Virus record (IMG/VR): IMGVR_UViG_3300031454_000242
Coordinates: 1 to 27,919 of that record
Source: a virus
Taxonomy: Duplodnaviria; Caudoviricetes
DNA: 27,919 nt
Direction: 5' to 3' (one strand)
The notes under the pieces are model-generated. The model was not told the origin of the DNA. It made no database searches and saw only the letters and a list, made by a program, of their open reading frames with translations. Below are positions 1 through 9,564 of this stretch, piece by piece (position 1 is the stretch's first letter; every line of letters starts with the position of its first letter). Made by a program: the position numbers and the translations under genes.

Positions 1-3000
1 CACGGTTGTGGCGCCACCGCGACCGCTGCCGGTCGGGACCATCGTGGTGCGGGGCATCGGCGTCGGGGTGAGGTTCGGGCTTGTGCGACCGGAGCCGGTG
101 TAGTTGATGCCGCCAGCCGCCATCGTTTTGAAGGTGAGTTGGCCCATGCCGATCTTCTTGGACCCGCCGCCCCCGCCACCGCCACCCGATGCCCGGGCCG
201 GTGCCGCTGGCTTGGCCCAGTAGGTCTTGGTCTTTGCGGCTGGAATCCAGCTACCGTCCTCGGCCTGTACGGCGCCGGGCTGACCCCGGTTCGGGGAGTT
301 CATGCTGTTGGCTTCGAACCCATCGTCGAGGTAGCCCGGGTCACCGGCCTGCAACTGTCGCACCACCCCGCCGCCGGCCATCTTGTGCGCCATGTCCTTC
401 GGGACGACCGCAGCGTTGAACCACGAAGCGGTCTCAGCGAGGATCGCCATCGACCGGGCAGCGTCACCCCGGAACGGGATGTACGCCTCCTTGACGGTTT
501 CGGGTTCGGCGAACCGGATCAGATCACCCCGGTAGATCCCGGCGGTCGTGATGTTGTTGACGCCGCCGTCGGCGTAGGAGTCGATGCCGCCCCAGCGTCG
601 ATACAGACCGGGCGAGTAGTTCTGGGCGAGGGCCATGGGCGGGACCGAAGCCGGAGCTCGCTTGACCTGCTCCACGATGCTCACGTACCTGGTGCGAGCG
701 GCGTTGTCGAGGATGGCGTTGGCTTCGCCAGCTGACGCCTGGGCAACGATCGGGGCGGTGCGGTTCCGGGCTGCGTTGTCCAGCTCCCCGGGCGCGCTGC
801 CCAGGTTGGCGTCCGCCAACAGTGTGGCGATGCGTTTGCGACCGGCCACCGAGTTCAGGTCGAGGTCGGCGCCATCGGCGAGGGCTTTGGCCAGGATGTC
901 GGCGACCCGTTTCTTGTCGGTCACGTTCTGGAGGCCGTACTGAGCTTCGCCGGTGATCGCGTTGGCCACGACGTCGGCGATGCGCTGACGACCGGCCACA
1001 GTGTTCAAGTCGGCGTCAGCATTGCCGGTGATGGCCATCCCGATCAGGACGGCGATGCGTTCCCGGGCGGTGGCATTGAGCTGGCCCTCGGCTCCTCCGG
1101 TGTCGGCCTGGGCGGTGGTCGTGGCGAAACGGGTACGGCTGGCGGTGTTGAGTTTGGCGTCGACCGTCTCAACCCCGAACGCTTCAGCGACGATCTGGGC
1201 AATCCGCTGGCGACCAGCAGCGGTGTCCAGGTCGATGGTGGCGTCAGCCGCCAGAGCGTAAGCGATGATCTGGGCTACACGCTTCTTATCGGTGACGGAC
1301 TGCAACCCGTATTCGGCGTTACCGGTGAACACTGCGGCGGTGAACGTGGCGACGCGGTTACGGGTGACGTTGTCGATCTCGGCGTTGGCCGCGCCGACAC
1401 CAAAGGTTTGAGCGACGATTGAGGCAATGCGCTCCTGTCCCTCCACCGTACGCAAGTCGATGGTGGCGTCGTTCGTTAGGGCTTCGAGGATGACCTGAGC
1501 GACCCGCTGTTTATCGGTGACGTTGGCCAGCCCGTACTCGGCCTTGCCGGTAATGGCATCAGCTGTAACGTTGGCGATCCGGGTCCGGCTGGCCAGACTG
1601 TCAAGGTCGGCATCGGCGTTGGTCATCACGGCGTTCGCAACGACCTTCATCACCAGTTCATTGGGGAACACGTTCTGAAACTCGGCGGCTGCCGCGTCTG
1701 CCCCGTTGAGTTGGACGAACGTGTCGATCTGGTCGGGGGTGAGTTCGATCGTCTGCAGGTAGCCCTCCAGTTCTGCGGTCGGGATACCGAAGGACTCACC
1801 GAGCCGGATCACCTCGTTACGGGTGGCCATCAGCGCGTCGGTGGCCCCCTTGCTGTTGCCGGCCTCGCTCATCGACTTGGCGACGGCGTAACCCCTGTCG
1901 ACAAGCGAGGAGAACGCTGCTTCGGTGGCCAGCCCTGAAGCGGTGAGCCGATCGAAGGCTTCGGCGCCGCCAGCGGCGAAGGCCGCAGGGTCAGTACCGA
2001 CCAGTTCGTAGAGGGCAGCACTGGTGTCGCGGATGGACTGCTGCCATTCCCGCTGAGCATCGGCGAGGCTCTTCGGGATGCCGAGGGCTGCGTCCATGGC
2101 GTCCTTGAAGGCCTCCATGCGGTCGGTGGCGTCGGCTGTCTCGTCGCCCAGGGTGGCGACGGCCTCGGTCAGGGTCTGGGTTGCCGGGGTCCCGGTGGCT
2201 GCCGCGTCGGAGGCCTGTTTGATCCGTCCGGCGACGTAGTCGTAGTCGGTGAGGCGGTCCTCGGGGATCTTGAGTTTCTGGATCCAGCGTTCGACCAGGT
2301 CGCCCGACATCCCGGTCTCGGAGGAGACGGCTTCAATGGCGTCGCTCAGCGTGTCGTAGCGGTCACGCAAGGCATCGAGCGCCGCCTTTCCCTGTTCGGC
2401 CCCCTCCTTCGTTTCCAGGAAGGTGTTGGCGACCATGGGGTTCAGCACTTCGTGGGTGGCGATGAGGCTGTCGAGCGTGTTGTTCATGCCGCCCCATTTG
2501 TCGTTCAGCGCGCCCACTTGCGGAGCCGCGTTGCCGATGGCGGTCGACAGGCTTTCCAGGTCGTTGTACTTGACCCCGTCGGACAGCGAATCGGCGAACT
2601 CCTTGCCCTTCTTCTTGGCGTCGTTGAAGGCCGACGCGATGCCAGCGAGAACCACGGCCATCCCTGCGATGCCGGCCGCCGGGGTCAGGAACGCTGACGC
2701 CAAACCGCTGGCCCCTTGCTTGATCATCCCGAACCCTGCCGAAGCCGAGGTGGTCATGGTGGCGAGACCGGTGCCGATGAGCTTGAGCTGGCTGAGGACC
2801 GTCGACCCGAACTGGACCGCCGCTGTCTTAGCCATAGCGTCACGGGCGTACAGAAACTTGAGCGCCAGAGTCTCCGCCGCCGACGACAACGCCGAGAACC
2901 CCTTCACCGCGGCGAGCCCAACCAGGGCCAGGGTGAGCGCCCGCACCAGGCCCTCGTTTTCGGCGAGGAACCCAGTGAGCGACGACAACCCCGAAGCGAG

Positions 3001-4368
3001 CGCGGACAGGCCGACGATCCCGGCCGCGGCAGCGAGCTTGGCCATGTCGCCGGCCAGCGGGCCCACGAAGCCACCGACCTCACCGAGGATGTTGGCCAGG
3101 TCCCCGCCGATGTCAACGACGTTGCGCCACGCCGGCTCCAGGTTGCGGGCCGCGTCGAGGACCGGATCAAGGAAGGTACCGGCCAGGTCACCCGACGAGA
3201 TGGCGTTCACGAAGCTCGTGGCCCCGTCTGCCGCGTCACGCAGGAACGGGGTCAGGTTGGACCCGACCTTGATCATCAGGGTCTCGACGGAGCCTTTGAG
3301 CTGCTCCAAGGAGCCGCCCAGGTTGTTCATTCGCTCGGCCGCCACCTCGGCCGCAGTGGTCTTGCTGACTTCGGCGTTCAGCTTGTTGAACCCGTCGGCT
3401 CCCAGCTCGGCCACCACTGCGGCACCCCGGATGGCGTCCGATCCGAACAGGGTGTTGAGCGTGGCGAGCTTCTGCTGATTTGACTGACCTTCGAGCGCCG
3501 TGGCCAACACACCGGAAACCTCGGCCATCGACTTCACGTTGCCGGCGGCGTCGAAGAACTTGTTCGAGCCGTCCGCGGTGATGATCCCGAGGTCCGACAT
3601 CAGCCCGGAGGCCTTCTCCGTGCTCGGCTCCAAACGCATGAACATCGTCTTCAATGACGTACCAGCGTCGGAACCTTTGATCCCGGCGTTACCCATGGCG
3701 GTGATGGCCACGGCCGTGTCGTCGAAGCTGAACCCGACCAGGTTGGCCACGGCCCCGACCTGCGACATTGACATACCGAAATCGGAGACGTCGATGGACG
3801 AGGCGTTGGCCGCGCCGGCGATCTTGTCGGCTATGCCAGGCAGATCCGAGGCGGCCAGATTGAACTGGTTCATGGCGTTCGCCGCGATCGCGGCGGCCTC
3901 AGGCAGCTCGATCCCGCCAGCCGCAGCCAGCGCGACCGTGGCGTCAGCAGCGCCGTTCATGATCCCCTCGACCGGGACACCGGCCTTGGCCAGCTCCTCC
4001 ATGGCCGACGCCGCCTCAGACGCAGAGAAAGACGTGTCGGCGCCGAGCTGCAAGGCCTTCTCTCGCAGCATGTCCATCTCGCTGGCGGTCGCACCGGAGA
4101 CGGCACCGATCGCGGACATGCCGGACTCGAACTTCGACGCAGCAGAGATCGACGCGCCGAGGAACGCGCCGACAGCCAGCACCATCCCCGCTGCGCCGAC
4201 CGCGACGATCTTGTTCAGCGAGGTCCAGCTCGAGCCGGCCTTCTTCGTGCCCGCGTCAACTTCGGAACCCATCTTGCGGGTCGCCGCAGAAGCCGCCCCG
4301 AGGGGCCCGAGGTAGCCGGACGTGTCGGCCTTGAGGGCCACGGAGATCGTGCGCCACGCCCCGCCCAT
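1..4368 (-). CDS. Tail tape measure protein (TP901-like); 3' end runs off the window
   Basis: Not in the ORF track because it is open-ended. ATG at 4368 (MGGAWRTISVALKADTSGY...), with the same frame open at position 1 (>=1456 aa). TP901-type core ASKFESGMSAIGAVSGAT...LREKALQLGADTSFSASEAASAMEELAKAG...GIKGSDAGTSLKTM; C-terminal YADGG and RFAEPETVKEAYIP motifs; follows the tail chaperones. Confidence 0.95.
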   Translation of the reverse strand, partial: MGGAWRTISVALKADTSGYLGPLGAASAATRKMGSEVDAGTKKAGSSWTSLNKIVAVGAAGMVLAVGAFLGASISAASKFESGMSAIGAVSGATASEMDMLREKALQLGADTSFSASEAASAMEELAKAGVPVEGIMNGAADATVALAAAGGIELPEAAAIAANAMNQFNLAASDLPGIADKIAGAANASSIDVSDFGMSMSQVGAVANLVGFSFDDTAVAITAMGNAGIKGSDAGTSLKTMFMRLEPSTEKASGLMSDLGIITADGSNKFFDAAGNVKSMAEVSGVLATALEGQSNQQKLATLNTLFGSDAIRGAAVVAELGADGFNKLNAEVSKTTAAEVAAERMNNLGGSLEQLKGSVETLMIKVGSNLTPFLRDAADGATSFVNAISSGDLAGTFLDPVLDAARNLEPAWRNVVDIGGDLANILGEVGGFVGPLAGDMAKLAAAAGIVGLSALASGLSSLTGFLAENEGLVRALTLALVGLAAVKGFSALSSAAETLALKFLYARDAMAKTAAVQFGSTVLSQLKLIGTGLATMTTSASAGFGMIKQGASGLASAFLTPAAGIAGMAVVLAGIASAFNDAKKKGKEFADSLSDGVKYNDLESLSTAIGNAAPQVGALNDKWGGMNNTLDSLIATHEVLNPMVANTFLETKEGAEQGKAALDALRDRYDTLSDAIEAVSSETGMSGDLVERWIQKLKIPEDRLTDYDYVAGRIKQASDAAATGTPATQTLTEAVATLGDETADATDRMEAFKDAMDAALGIPKSLADAQREWQQSIRDTSAALYELVGTDPAAFAAGGAEAFDRLTASGLATEAAFSSLVDRGYAVAKSMSEAGNSKGATDALMATRNEVIRLGESFGIPTAELEGYLQTIELTPDQIDTFVQLNGADAAAAEFQNVFPNELVMKVVANAVMTNADADLDSLASRTRIANVTADAITGKAEYGLANVTDKQRVAQVILEALTNDATIDLRTVEGQERIASIVAQTFGVGAANAEIDNVTRNRVATFTAAVFTGNAEYGLQSVTDKKRVAQIIAYALAADATIDLDTAAGRQRIAQIVAEAFGVETVDAKLNTASRTRFATTTAQADTGGAEGQLNATARERIAVLIGMAITGNADADLNTVAGRQRIADVVANAITGEAQYGLQNVTDKKRVADILAKALADGADLDLNSVAGRKRIATLLADANLGSAPGELDNAARNRTAPIVAQASAGEANAILDNAARTRYVSIVEQVKRAPASVPPMALAQNYSPGLYRRWGGIDSYADGGVNNITTAGIYRGDLIRFAEPETVKEAYIPFRGDAARSMAILAETASWFNAAVVPKDMAHKMAGGGVVRQLQAGDPGYLDDGFEANSMNSPNRGQPGAVQAEDGSWIPAAKTKTYWAKPAAPARASGGGGGGGGSKKIGMGQLTFKTMAAGGINYTGSGRTSPNLTPTPMPRTTMVPTGSGRGGATTV

Positions 4369-4387
4369 CAGGTCACTCCGGGGGCGG

Positions 4388-4786
4388 TCACTCCGGCACG
4401 GTGTCGGCCGCCCGCGCCTCCAACTCGGATGCAGTCAGCCGCCGGAACGCCAGTTGCAGACCGGCGATCGGAGCGATCCCCTCCCTCTGCTCCTCCTGGG
4501 CCTCGCGTTCGTAGCGTTCCTTCTCGGCGCACGACGGGCACGAGATCTCGACCATCGTGAACGGAGGTTCCTGCAGGACCATGCCGTCCTCGTCGAGCCA
4601 GTCCGAGCGTTGCTGACCGCAGCCGCCGCAACGGTCGTCCTCCCGGGCCTGCCAAGCCATCGCCGCCGCCCGGCTGTACCCGTCCCAGCCGTCGCCGACA
4701 CCCAGCCACACGCTGTAGGCGATGCCGAGAGGACCGCAGTACCGCATCGCTGCGGCGAACGCCGGGTCCTCGGTCAGTCGTTTCCC
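4388..4786 (-). CDS. Tail assembly chaperone, frameshift extension (gpT-like part of a gpGT fusion)
   Basis: ORF 4388-4747 is in the -1 frame reached from the slippery site at 4780-4786 (GKRLTEDPAFAAAMRYCG...). It has CxxC pairs and lies between the chaperone and tape measure genes. Confidence 0.8.
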   Translation of the reverse strand, partial: GKRLTEDPAFAAAMRYCGPLGIAYSVWLGVGDGWDGYSRAAAMAWQAREDDRCGGCGQQRSDWLDEDGMVLQEPPFTMVEISCPSCAEKERYEREAQEEQREGIAPIAGLQLAFRRLTASELEARAADTVPE

Positions 4787-5343
4787 AGGTCACCGACACC
4801 CGAGTCGCGTTGGTCAAGTCCGAGCGTCGTCAGGAACAGGGTGGATTTGTCGCCGAGCGGCAGCCCGGTGGAACGCCAGATGGCGGTGGCCTGGCCGATG
4901 TCAATGCCGTCCACGTCGGCGACGTCATCGTCGGAGTGAACGATGCGGGTCACACAGGCAGCGAGCATCGCGGGCGGGAACGTGTCGTCGTTCCAGCCGT
5001 TGCCCGGTGCACCGTTGTTGGCTTTGCGGGCCGTGGCCTTCTGCTCTTTGGTTGCGGGGTGGGCACGCATGATCTCCTCGACGACGTGCGGCCCGATGCC
5101 TTGCAAGTGGAAGGTGATCGTCGCCAGGTCACCCTTGAGTGCGTCGTAGAGGGCGCGTGCGTCCTCGACCTCACCGGCCGCCTCAGCCTTCGCCTCCGGG
5201 GTCCTGGCCGCCTGCTCACGGGTCTCTGCTCGAGCGACAGCGAGACGGGCCTTGGTGAGCTTGGGGGCGTCGTCAGGGTTGGCGGCGAGGATGACGGTAT
5301 CGGTGGCCGGTTTGCGGTCCACGAGGGCAGCGAAGGCATCCAT
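4774..5343 (-). CDS. Tail assembly chaperone (gpG-like)
   Basis: Start re-called at ATG 5343 (MDAFAALVDRK) after AAGGAG. Lies between major tail and tape measure genes; WNDDTFPPAMLAAC motif; ends in the slippery site. Confidence 0.82.
   Translation of the reverse strand: MDAFAALVDRKPATDTVILAANPDDAPKLTKARLAVARAETREQAARTPEAKAEAAGEVEDARALYDALKGDLATITFHLQGIGPHVVEEIMRAHPATKEQKATARKANNGAPGNGWNDDTFPPAMLAACVTRIVHSDDDVADVDGIDIGQATAIWRSTGLPLGDKSTLFLTTLGLDQRDSGVGDLGND
4780..4786 (-). other. Programmed -1 ribosomal frameshift site G GGA AAC
   Basis: Canonical X XXY YYZ heptamer in the correct phase, followed by one codon and the chaperone stop (CTG GGA AAC GAC TGA). The -1 frame is open into the next ORF. 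Confidence 0.88.
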
Positions 5344-5386
5344 GCGGGGTGGTTCTCCTTGGGATGATCGAGGGATGCTGGGATGC

Positions 5387-5424
5387 GTGGGACCGGCCGG
5401 ACCATCCCAGCCGGCCGGCCCCAC
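5387..5424 (-). terminator. GC-rich hairpin after the major tail gene (terminator or stabiliser)
   Basis: GTGGGACCGGCCGG...CCGGCCGGCCCCAC inverted repeat about 10 nt after the stop; no U-tract. Confidence 0.45.
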
Positions 5425-5435
5425 TACGGGGCGGC

Positions 5436-5921
5436 TCAGGCAGCGACGGTGGCGTTCAGTTCCGGCACGTCACGGAAGGCCAGAGAGACCATCGTCTTGG
5501 CCGGTTCGTTCACTGCCCGGTTCGCCGGGGACTTGGAGATGACCGTCACCGGCCACACCTCGACCTTCTTGGCGGCCACGGCCAGTCCGTTGCGGCTGAT
5601 GACCACGAACCCGATGGCATCCAACGAGAAGAGGGCGAGGATCACTTCTTCGGTGGAGCCCGCCGTCGTGTTCTCGAAGAGCGTGATCGACATGTCAGCG
5701 ATCTCGTACATGCCGCCCACGACGATCGGGTACTTCGTGTCGATGTCGGCCGCGTCCTCGGTGCCGGCGGTGACCCGGAACCCCTCGACGCCACCACGAG
5801 GTATCGCCGGGGAGAGCAGCTTCCCGGAAGTGGTGAGCTCGGCAACGGTCGGCGCAGCCTTGTTGGTGATGGTGGGCGACCAGTAGTACTTTTCGTTGGG
5901 GATCAGGTTGCTGCGTGGCAT
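5436..5921 (-). CDS. Major tail (tube) protein
   Basis: 161 aa; N-terminal WSPTITNKAAPTVAELTT resembles actinophage tail tube proteins; immediately upstream of the chaperone. Confidence 0.82.
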   Translation of the reverse strand: MPRSNLIPNEKYYWSPTITNKAAPTVAELTTSGKLLSPAIPRGGVEGFRVTAGTEDAADIDTKYPIVVGGMYEIADMSITLFENTTAGSTEEVILALFSLDAIGFVVISRNGLAVAAKKVEVWPVTVISKSPANRAVNEPAKTMVSLAFRDVPELNATVAA

Positions 5922-5979
5922 CAGTTACTCCGTGTCGATGGACCGGCACCGGCGGTGCCACTGGTGGTGGGGGCGGACA

Positions 5980-6297
5980 TCACTTGGCGCGCTTGGCCTC
6001 GGTGGGCGGGGACGGTTCCGACAGGGCAGGGTCGGGGGCGTTGCCGGGGGTCGGCCGGTCGAGGGTGAACCCCTTCGGCTTCGAGTTCGCGGTGATCACG
6101 ACCCGCTCGTCGGACACCACGCGGGCCTCGTAGGCGGCGTTCTGGGCGTCGACGATCGCCTTTGCGGCGCTGTCGACGTCGGCCTGCGAGGCGAGCTTCC
6201 AGCCGGTCGTGGCCATCGCTTGGGCCTGGTCGAGCGAGGTCGCCTCGTAGACGCTCCCCTCGGCCTCGGGGTGGGTGAGGTAGATCGACTCAGGCAC
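5980..6297 (-). CDS. Hypothetical virion-module protein
   Basis: 105-aa ORF with a GGAG RBS, filling the gap between the tail terminator and major tail genes. Confidence 0.65.
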   Translation of the reverse strand: MPESIYLTHPEAEGSVYEATSLDQAQAMATTGWKLASQADVDSAAKAIVDAQNAAYEARVVSDERVVITANSKPKGFTLDRPTPGNAPDPALSEPSPPTEAKRAK

Positions 6298-6377
6298 GGC
6301 AGCGGCTCCGGAACAGGGGGGCGGTCACGGCGCCACTGTCCGACCGGATAGCCCGACTGGTCCGGATGCAGGGGGAG

Positions 6378-6809
6378 TCAGGCCGGTACGACCCACAGGT
6401 CGACGTCGACGACGACGTTCACGACCGGGCCCTGATGGTCGATGCCACCGTCAGCGACGAACTCGCGGGCAGCGACGATCCACGTCGCACCCGAGAGCGG
6501 GACCGTCCTGTCGAGCAGAGCGGTCGTCAACCGGTAGGCGACCCGTTGCGCCTGTTCGCGTGCCCCGTCGATCCGTGACGGTGCCGCAGAGTCGGCGCCG
6601 ACGGCACGAATGCGGCCATGCCAGATCAGGTCCCATTCCGGCTGGTCGATGTCTCCGTCGCTGATCCCACCGGGCGGGTACTCCAGGACCCCGTAAGGGG
6701 CGGCGGCACCGGAGGGGGCGACGAGGTCGTAGACGGCAGGGTGAACGGACCGCAGGCGGGCCAGCACGGCGGCGGTGACTTCGTGGGCGGGGATCATCGG
6801 CGCGGCCAT
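6378..6809 (-). CDS. Tail terminator / tail completion protein
   Basis: VYDLVAP...PYGVL motif and position in the connector cluster. Confidence 0.65.
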   Translation of the reverse strand: MAAPMIPAHEVTAAVLARLRSVHPAVYDLVAPSGAAAPYGVLEYPPGGISDGDIDQPEWDLIWHGRIRAVGADSAAPSRIDGAREQAQRVAYRLTTALLDRTVPLSGATWIVAAREFVADGGIDHQGPVVNVVVDVDLWVVPA

Positions 6810-7180
6810 GCGACGGCTTCGACGGCGGCCTCGAACTCGGGACCGATCTTGTCGAGGGCCGGACCGAAGTGCGGGTACGCAGGCTGGTTGTAGTTGCGGC
6901 CGAGTGCGTCGGTCCCGAAGAACCCGAGCTCGAGGCGGCGACCCTGCGGCTTGGACACGCCGACCTCGGCGACGGACTCGTTGGCGCGCATCGTGGTGCG
7001 CCGGTTGATGGCCCGCCGGTAGTCACCTGTCGGTGCATTCGGGCCGGGCCGACCAGAAGCGCCGGCCTTGACGCTGGCCTGGAGTCGGGCACCGAAGGCG
7101 ACAACGACCTTGTGGGTGGCGACGCGTGCGACGGCGGTGAGCTGCGCGAGATCGGCGGCGACCTGGTTCGGGGTGCTCAC
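6794..7180 (-). CDS. HK97 gp10-like neck/tail-completion protein
   Basis: PTGDYRRAI...GRRLELG...QPAYPHFGPA motif pattern; synteny. Confidence 0.72.
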   Translation of the reverse strand: MSTPNQVAADLAQLTAVARVATHKVVVAFGARLQASVKAGASGRPGPNAPTGDYRRAINRRTTMRANESVAEVGVSKPQGRRLELGFFGTDALGRNYNQPAYPHFGPALDKIGPEFEAAVEAVAWPRR

Positions 7181-7608
7181 GTCGGGACCCCGTCCCCGGG
7201 GCCCGCTTCGACGCAGGCGAGTCGGCGCAGGATCAGAGTGCTGCGGGAATCGACGGACCGAACGACGAAGGTCCGGTCGATCAGGGTCGGGTCGCCTTGG
7301 GGGCCGACGGCGGTGAAGGTGACTGCGTCACCGGCTTTCACCGCGGGCGCGGATGAGCGCAACCGGACCGTGTGCGTGTCGATGAGGGCGTCGGTGGCGC
7401 CCGCCGTTGACCGTCCACCGCCCGCCGCCTCCGACGGTGACACCGAGCACGGTTCGTTGGCGGCGATGATGTCATCGGGTCCGGTGACAAGGGCCAACGT
7501 GACCGGATCAACGGTGCGCGACACGTCGGAGTCGGTGCGTGTGATCCGGCACCGGTCGGTCAACGTCGCCTCGGCGGTGGCCCTCGCCTCGGTCAGATCG
7601 GGGATCAC
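7177..7608 (-). CDS. Head-to-tail stopper (head closure; DUF6093-like)
   Basis: LTDRCRITR...VKAGDAVTFT...DRTFVV pattern; GTGA overlaps with both neighbours. Confidence 0.65.
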   Translation of the reverse strand: MIPDLTEARATAEATLTDRCRITRTDSDVSRTVDPVTLALVTGPDDIIAANEPCSVSPSEAAGGGRSTAGATDALIDTHTVRLRSSAPAVKAGDAVTFTAVGPQGDPTLIDRTFVVRSVDSRSTLILRRLACVEAGPGDGVPT

Positions 7609-7949
7609 CGGTTCCGTCCGACCATGTCGGCGATGACGGCCAGGTAGTTGCCGGCCATCGTGTCCTCGGGGAGGTCAGAGGCCATGACCGCTTCCTCGAC
7701 CACGGCAGGGTCGAGGGCACGGATGGCGTCGACCGGGTCCTGACCGGTGCGGGTCACCTCGACGATCGCGGTCCCGGTGAGCGACCCCGGTCGCTGCTCC
7801 TCGATGAGGAGCCGGGTCGGCTGCCCGTAGCCGAGATGCACGGTGACTCCGCTGATCTGCTCGGCGATGTCGACGCCGTCGACCTCAACGACCGCGGGGG
7901 TGACGGTGGCGTCGATCCGGTAGGCGACGGTGCGGGGCGGGGTGTCCAC
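7605..7949 (-). CDS. Hypothetical protein
   Basis: 114-aa ORF coupled to the downstream gene; preceded by the late-promoter motif at leaderless spacing. Confidence 0.65.
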   Translation of the reverse strand: MDTPPRTVAYRIDATVTPAVVEVDGVDIAEQISGVTVHLGYGQPTRLLIEEQRPGSLTGTAIVEVTRTGQDPVDAIRALDPAVVEEAVMASDLPEDTMAGNYLAVIADMVGRNR

Positions 7950-7982
7950 GATGCGAACCGTGGATCGGTGGCTGCCTGGTGG

Positions 7983-8882
7983 TCAGGATGCAGCGACGCG
8001 TGGCCGGCGGGCCGTCCGTCCTGCACGCCCCGTCCTGGCCGTCCTGAGGGGCCGGGGGGCGATCGTGGCCGCCTCGGTGCCTCTCGGTGGGCCGATGTCC
8101 CGCGACGCCTTAGACGGCAACTGAGCCGGCACCGACGGGGCCAGGGCCCGGCGGCATCTCGGGTGGGATAGGTACACGACGTCGTCGAGGTCGACGATCA
8201 TGCCGTTCGCCAACGGACCGACACTGTGCCCGGGTCCGACGCAACACCCGTCACCGTCGAGGTACTCGACCTGTTCGATGCCGTCGGTGCGGCACTGAGT
8301 GAGCGTCCCCTGGTTGTATGCCTCTGCGGTGGTGGCGCGGATCGTCGAGTCCGCCCAGTCAGCGATCGTGTGGCGCGCCCCGTTGGAGTAGGTGACCGAC
8401 CCGATGCCCTGACGTGCCGCCTCGGTGGCCAGCTCGCGGCCGGCTTGCACCGCGGTCCGGTTCTCGAGGAGCGCCGACCGGGTGGCGTCGCGGACCTGTG
8501 AACGCAGCGCGGCACGGGTGTCGGCCCGGAGTTCTTGGAGTCGGGGGGCGACGTCGTCCCATGTGCGGGCAGCGAACTGCTCGATTGCTTCGACGTGCGG
8601 TGCGGTCCACGCGAACGACGTGCCGATGATCTCGGCCGCGGCCGCGGCACCGGCGGCGTGCAGCTCGGGGAGGGTCCCGGTGATCCACGTCCTCGACGCG
8701 TCGACCAGTCCGTCAGCGACGGCCTCAGTAGTGCGGATCAGCTCTCGGAGCCGGGCGGTCTGACGGGTTCTCGACGGGTCATCGACGACGTCGGCGTACT
8801 CGGCGAGGAGCCGGGCGTGCGCCTCGTCATAGAGGGCTACCAAACGTTGGGCGGCTGCGTCGTTAGCGGCGGGCTGGGGCAA
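7983..8882 (-). CDS. MuF-like / phage minor capsid protein
   Basis: VTYSNGARHTIADWADSTIRATTAEAYNQG and C-terminal SHPRCRRAL (HPxCR) motifs of MuF/minor capsid families. Confidence 0.78.
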   Translation of the reverse strand: MPQPAANDAAAQRLVALYDEAHARLLAEYADVVDDPSRTRQTARLRELIRTTEAVADGLVDASRTWITGTLPELHAAGAAAAAEIIGTSFAWTAPHVEAIEQFAARTWDDVAPRLQELRADTRAALRSQVRDATRSALLENRTAVQAGRELATEAARQGIGSVTYSNGARHTIADWADSTIRATTAEAYNQGTLTQCRTDGIEQVEYLDGDGCCVGPGHSVGPLANGMIVDLDDVVYLSHPRCRRALAPSVPAQLPSKASRDIGPPRGTEAATIAPRPLRTARTGRAGRTARRPRVAAS

Positions 8883-8885
8883 GGC

Positions 8886-9248
8886 TCACCACCGCAGATC
8901 GGTGCCGCATTCGCCCAGTGTCGCCATGGAGTCGTGCCCGTTGAGAATCGGGACCGACGTGAGCGCAGGCAACCGTGACGGCGCTATCTCGCCGACGACG
9001 CCTTCGAGCCGGGCGATCTTGGCGTCGAGGGCACGCAATCCCTCCACGCTGACCGCACCCCACGACGCATCGCCGGCCACAGCGAACGACCGGTCAGCGT
9101 CGAGGTTGGCTCGACGGCGTCGCAGGATCGACAGGGCGGCACGGGCCGCAGGCTCGGTGACGGCGGCGTAACGGTCGAGGAAGTCGAGCACCGTCGCATC
9201 GTCGGGTTGGTTGCCGACGTGGTCGCGGACGTCGTCGAGCAGCGACAT
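8886..9248 (-). CDS. Putative head-to-tail adaptor
   Basis: 120-aa helical protein downstream of the capsid; size and position typical. Confidence 0.55.
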   Translation of the reverse strand: MSLLDDVRDHVGNQPDDATVLDFLDRYAAVTEPAARAALSILRRRRANLDADRSFAVAGDASWGAVSVEGLRALDAKIARLEGVVGEIAPSRLPALTSVPILNGHDSMATLGECGTDLRW

Positions 9249-9541
9249 CAGCCGATGGCGTCGCGCAACGCGTCACGCAGCTTGTCCACGCCGAGACGGC
9301 CGTCGACGTCGAGGTCGTGGGCGTCACGGAAGGCGAGCAGCGCATCCTTGTCCTCGGCGACGGCATCAAGATCGGCGACCGTCGGAACAGGAGGCGGATC
9401 AGCGGCGCCGTCGGGTGCCGTGTCCCACGCTGCCGGATTCGTGATCTGCTTCACCACGTCGGCAGGCACGTTGGCTTCGTTGCCGTGCGCGGGCCCGTAG
9501 CCGACACCCTCGACGTACACGTTGGCGACGAGCTTCGACAT
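9248..9541 (-). CDS. Small capsid-associated hypothetical protein
   Basis: Start re-called at ATG 9541 (MSKLVANVYVEG) after AGAGGA; the longer ORF overlaps the tRNA. ITNPAAW motif and a short helical C-terminal domain. Confidence 0.7.
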   Translation of the reverse strand: MSKLVANVYVEGVGYGPAHGNEANVPADVVKQITNPAAWDTAPDGAADPPPVPTVADLDAVAEDKDALLAFRDAHDLDVDGRLGVDKLRDALRDAIG

Positions 9542-9564
9542 CAGGTTCCTCTTTCGGGTTGGCT

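Noticed and set aside
139-4315. Long plus-strand ORFs (e.g. 2423-3478, 3500-4315; likewise 10792-12045, 12991-14205, 24482-25975)
   Set aside because: Antisense shadows of well-supported minus-strand phage genes in high-GC DNA, with no recognisable motifs.
4368-4817. 149-aa minus-strand ORF whose stop overlaps the tape measure start
   Set aside because: Arg/Gly-rich off-frame translation; the overlapping 4388-4747 frame has chaperone-like features and is the one reached by the slippery site.
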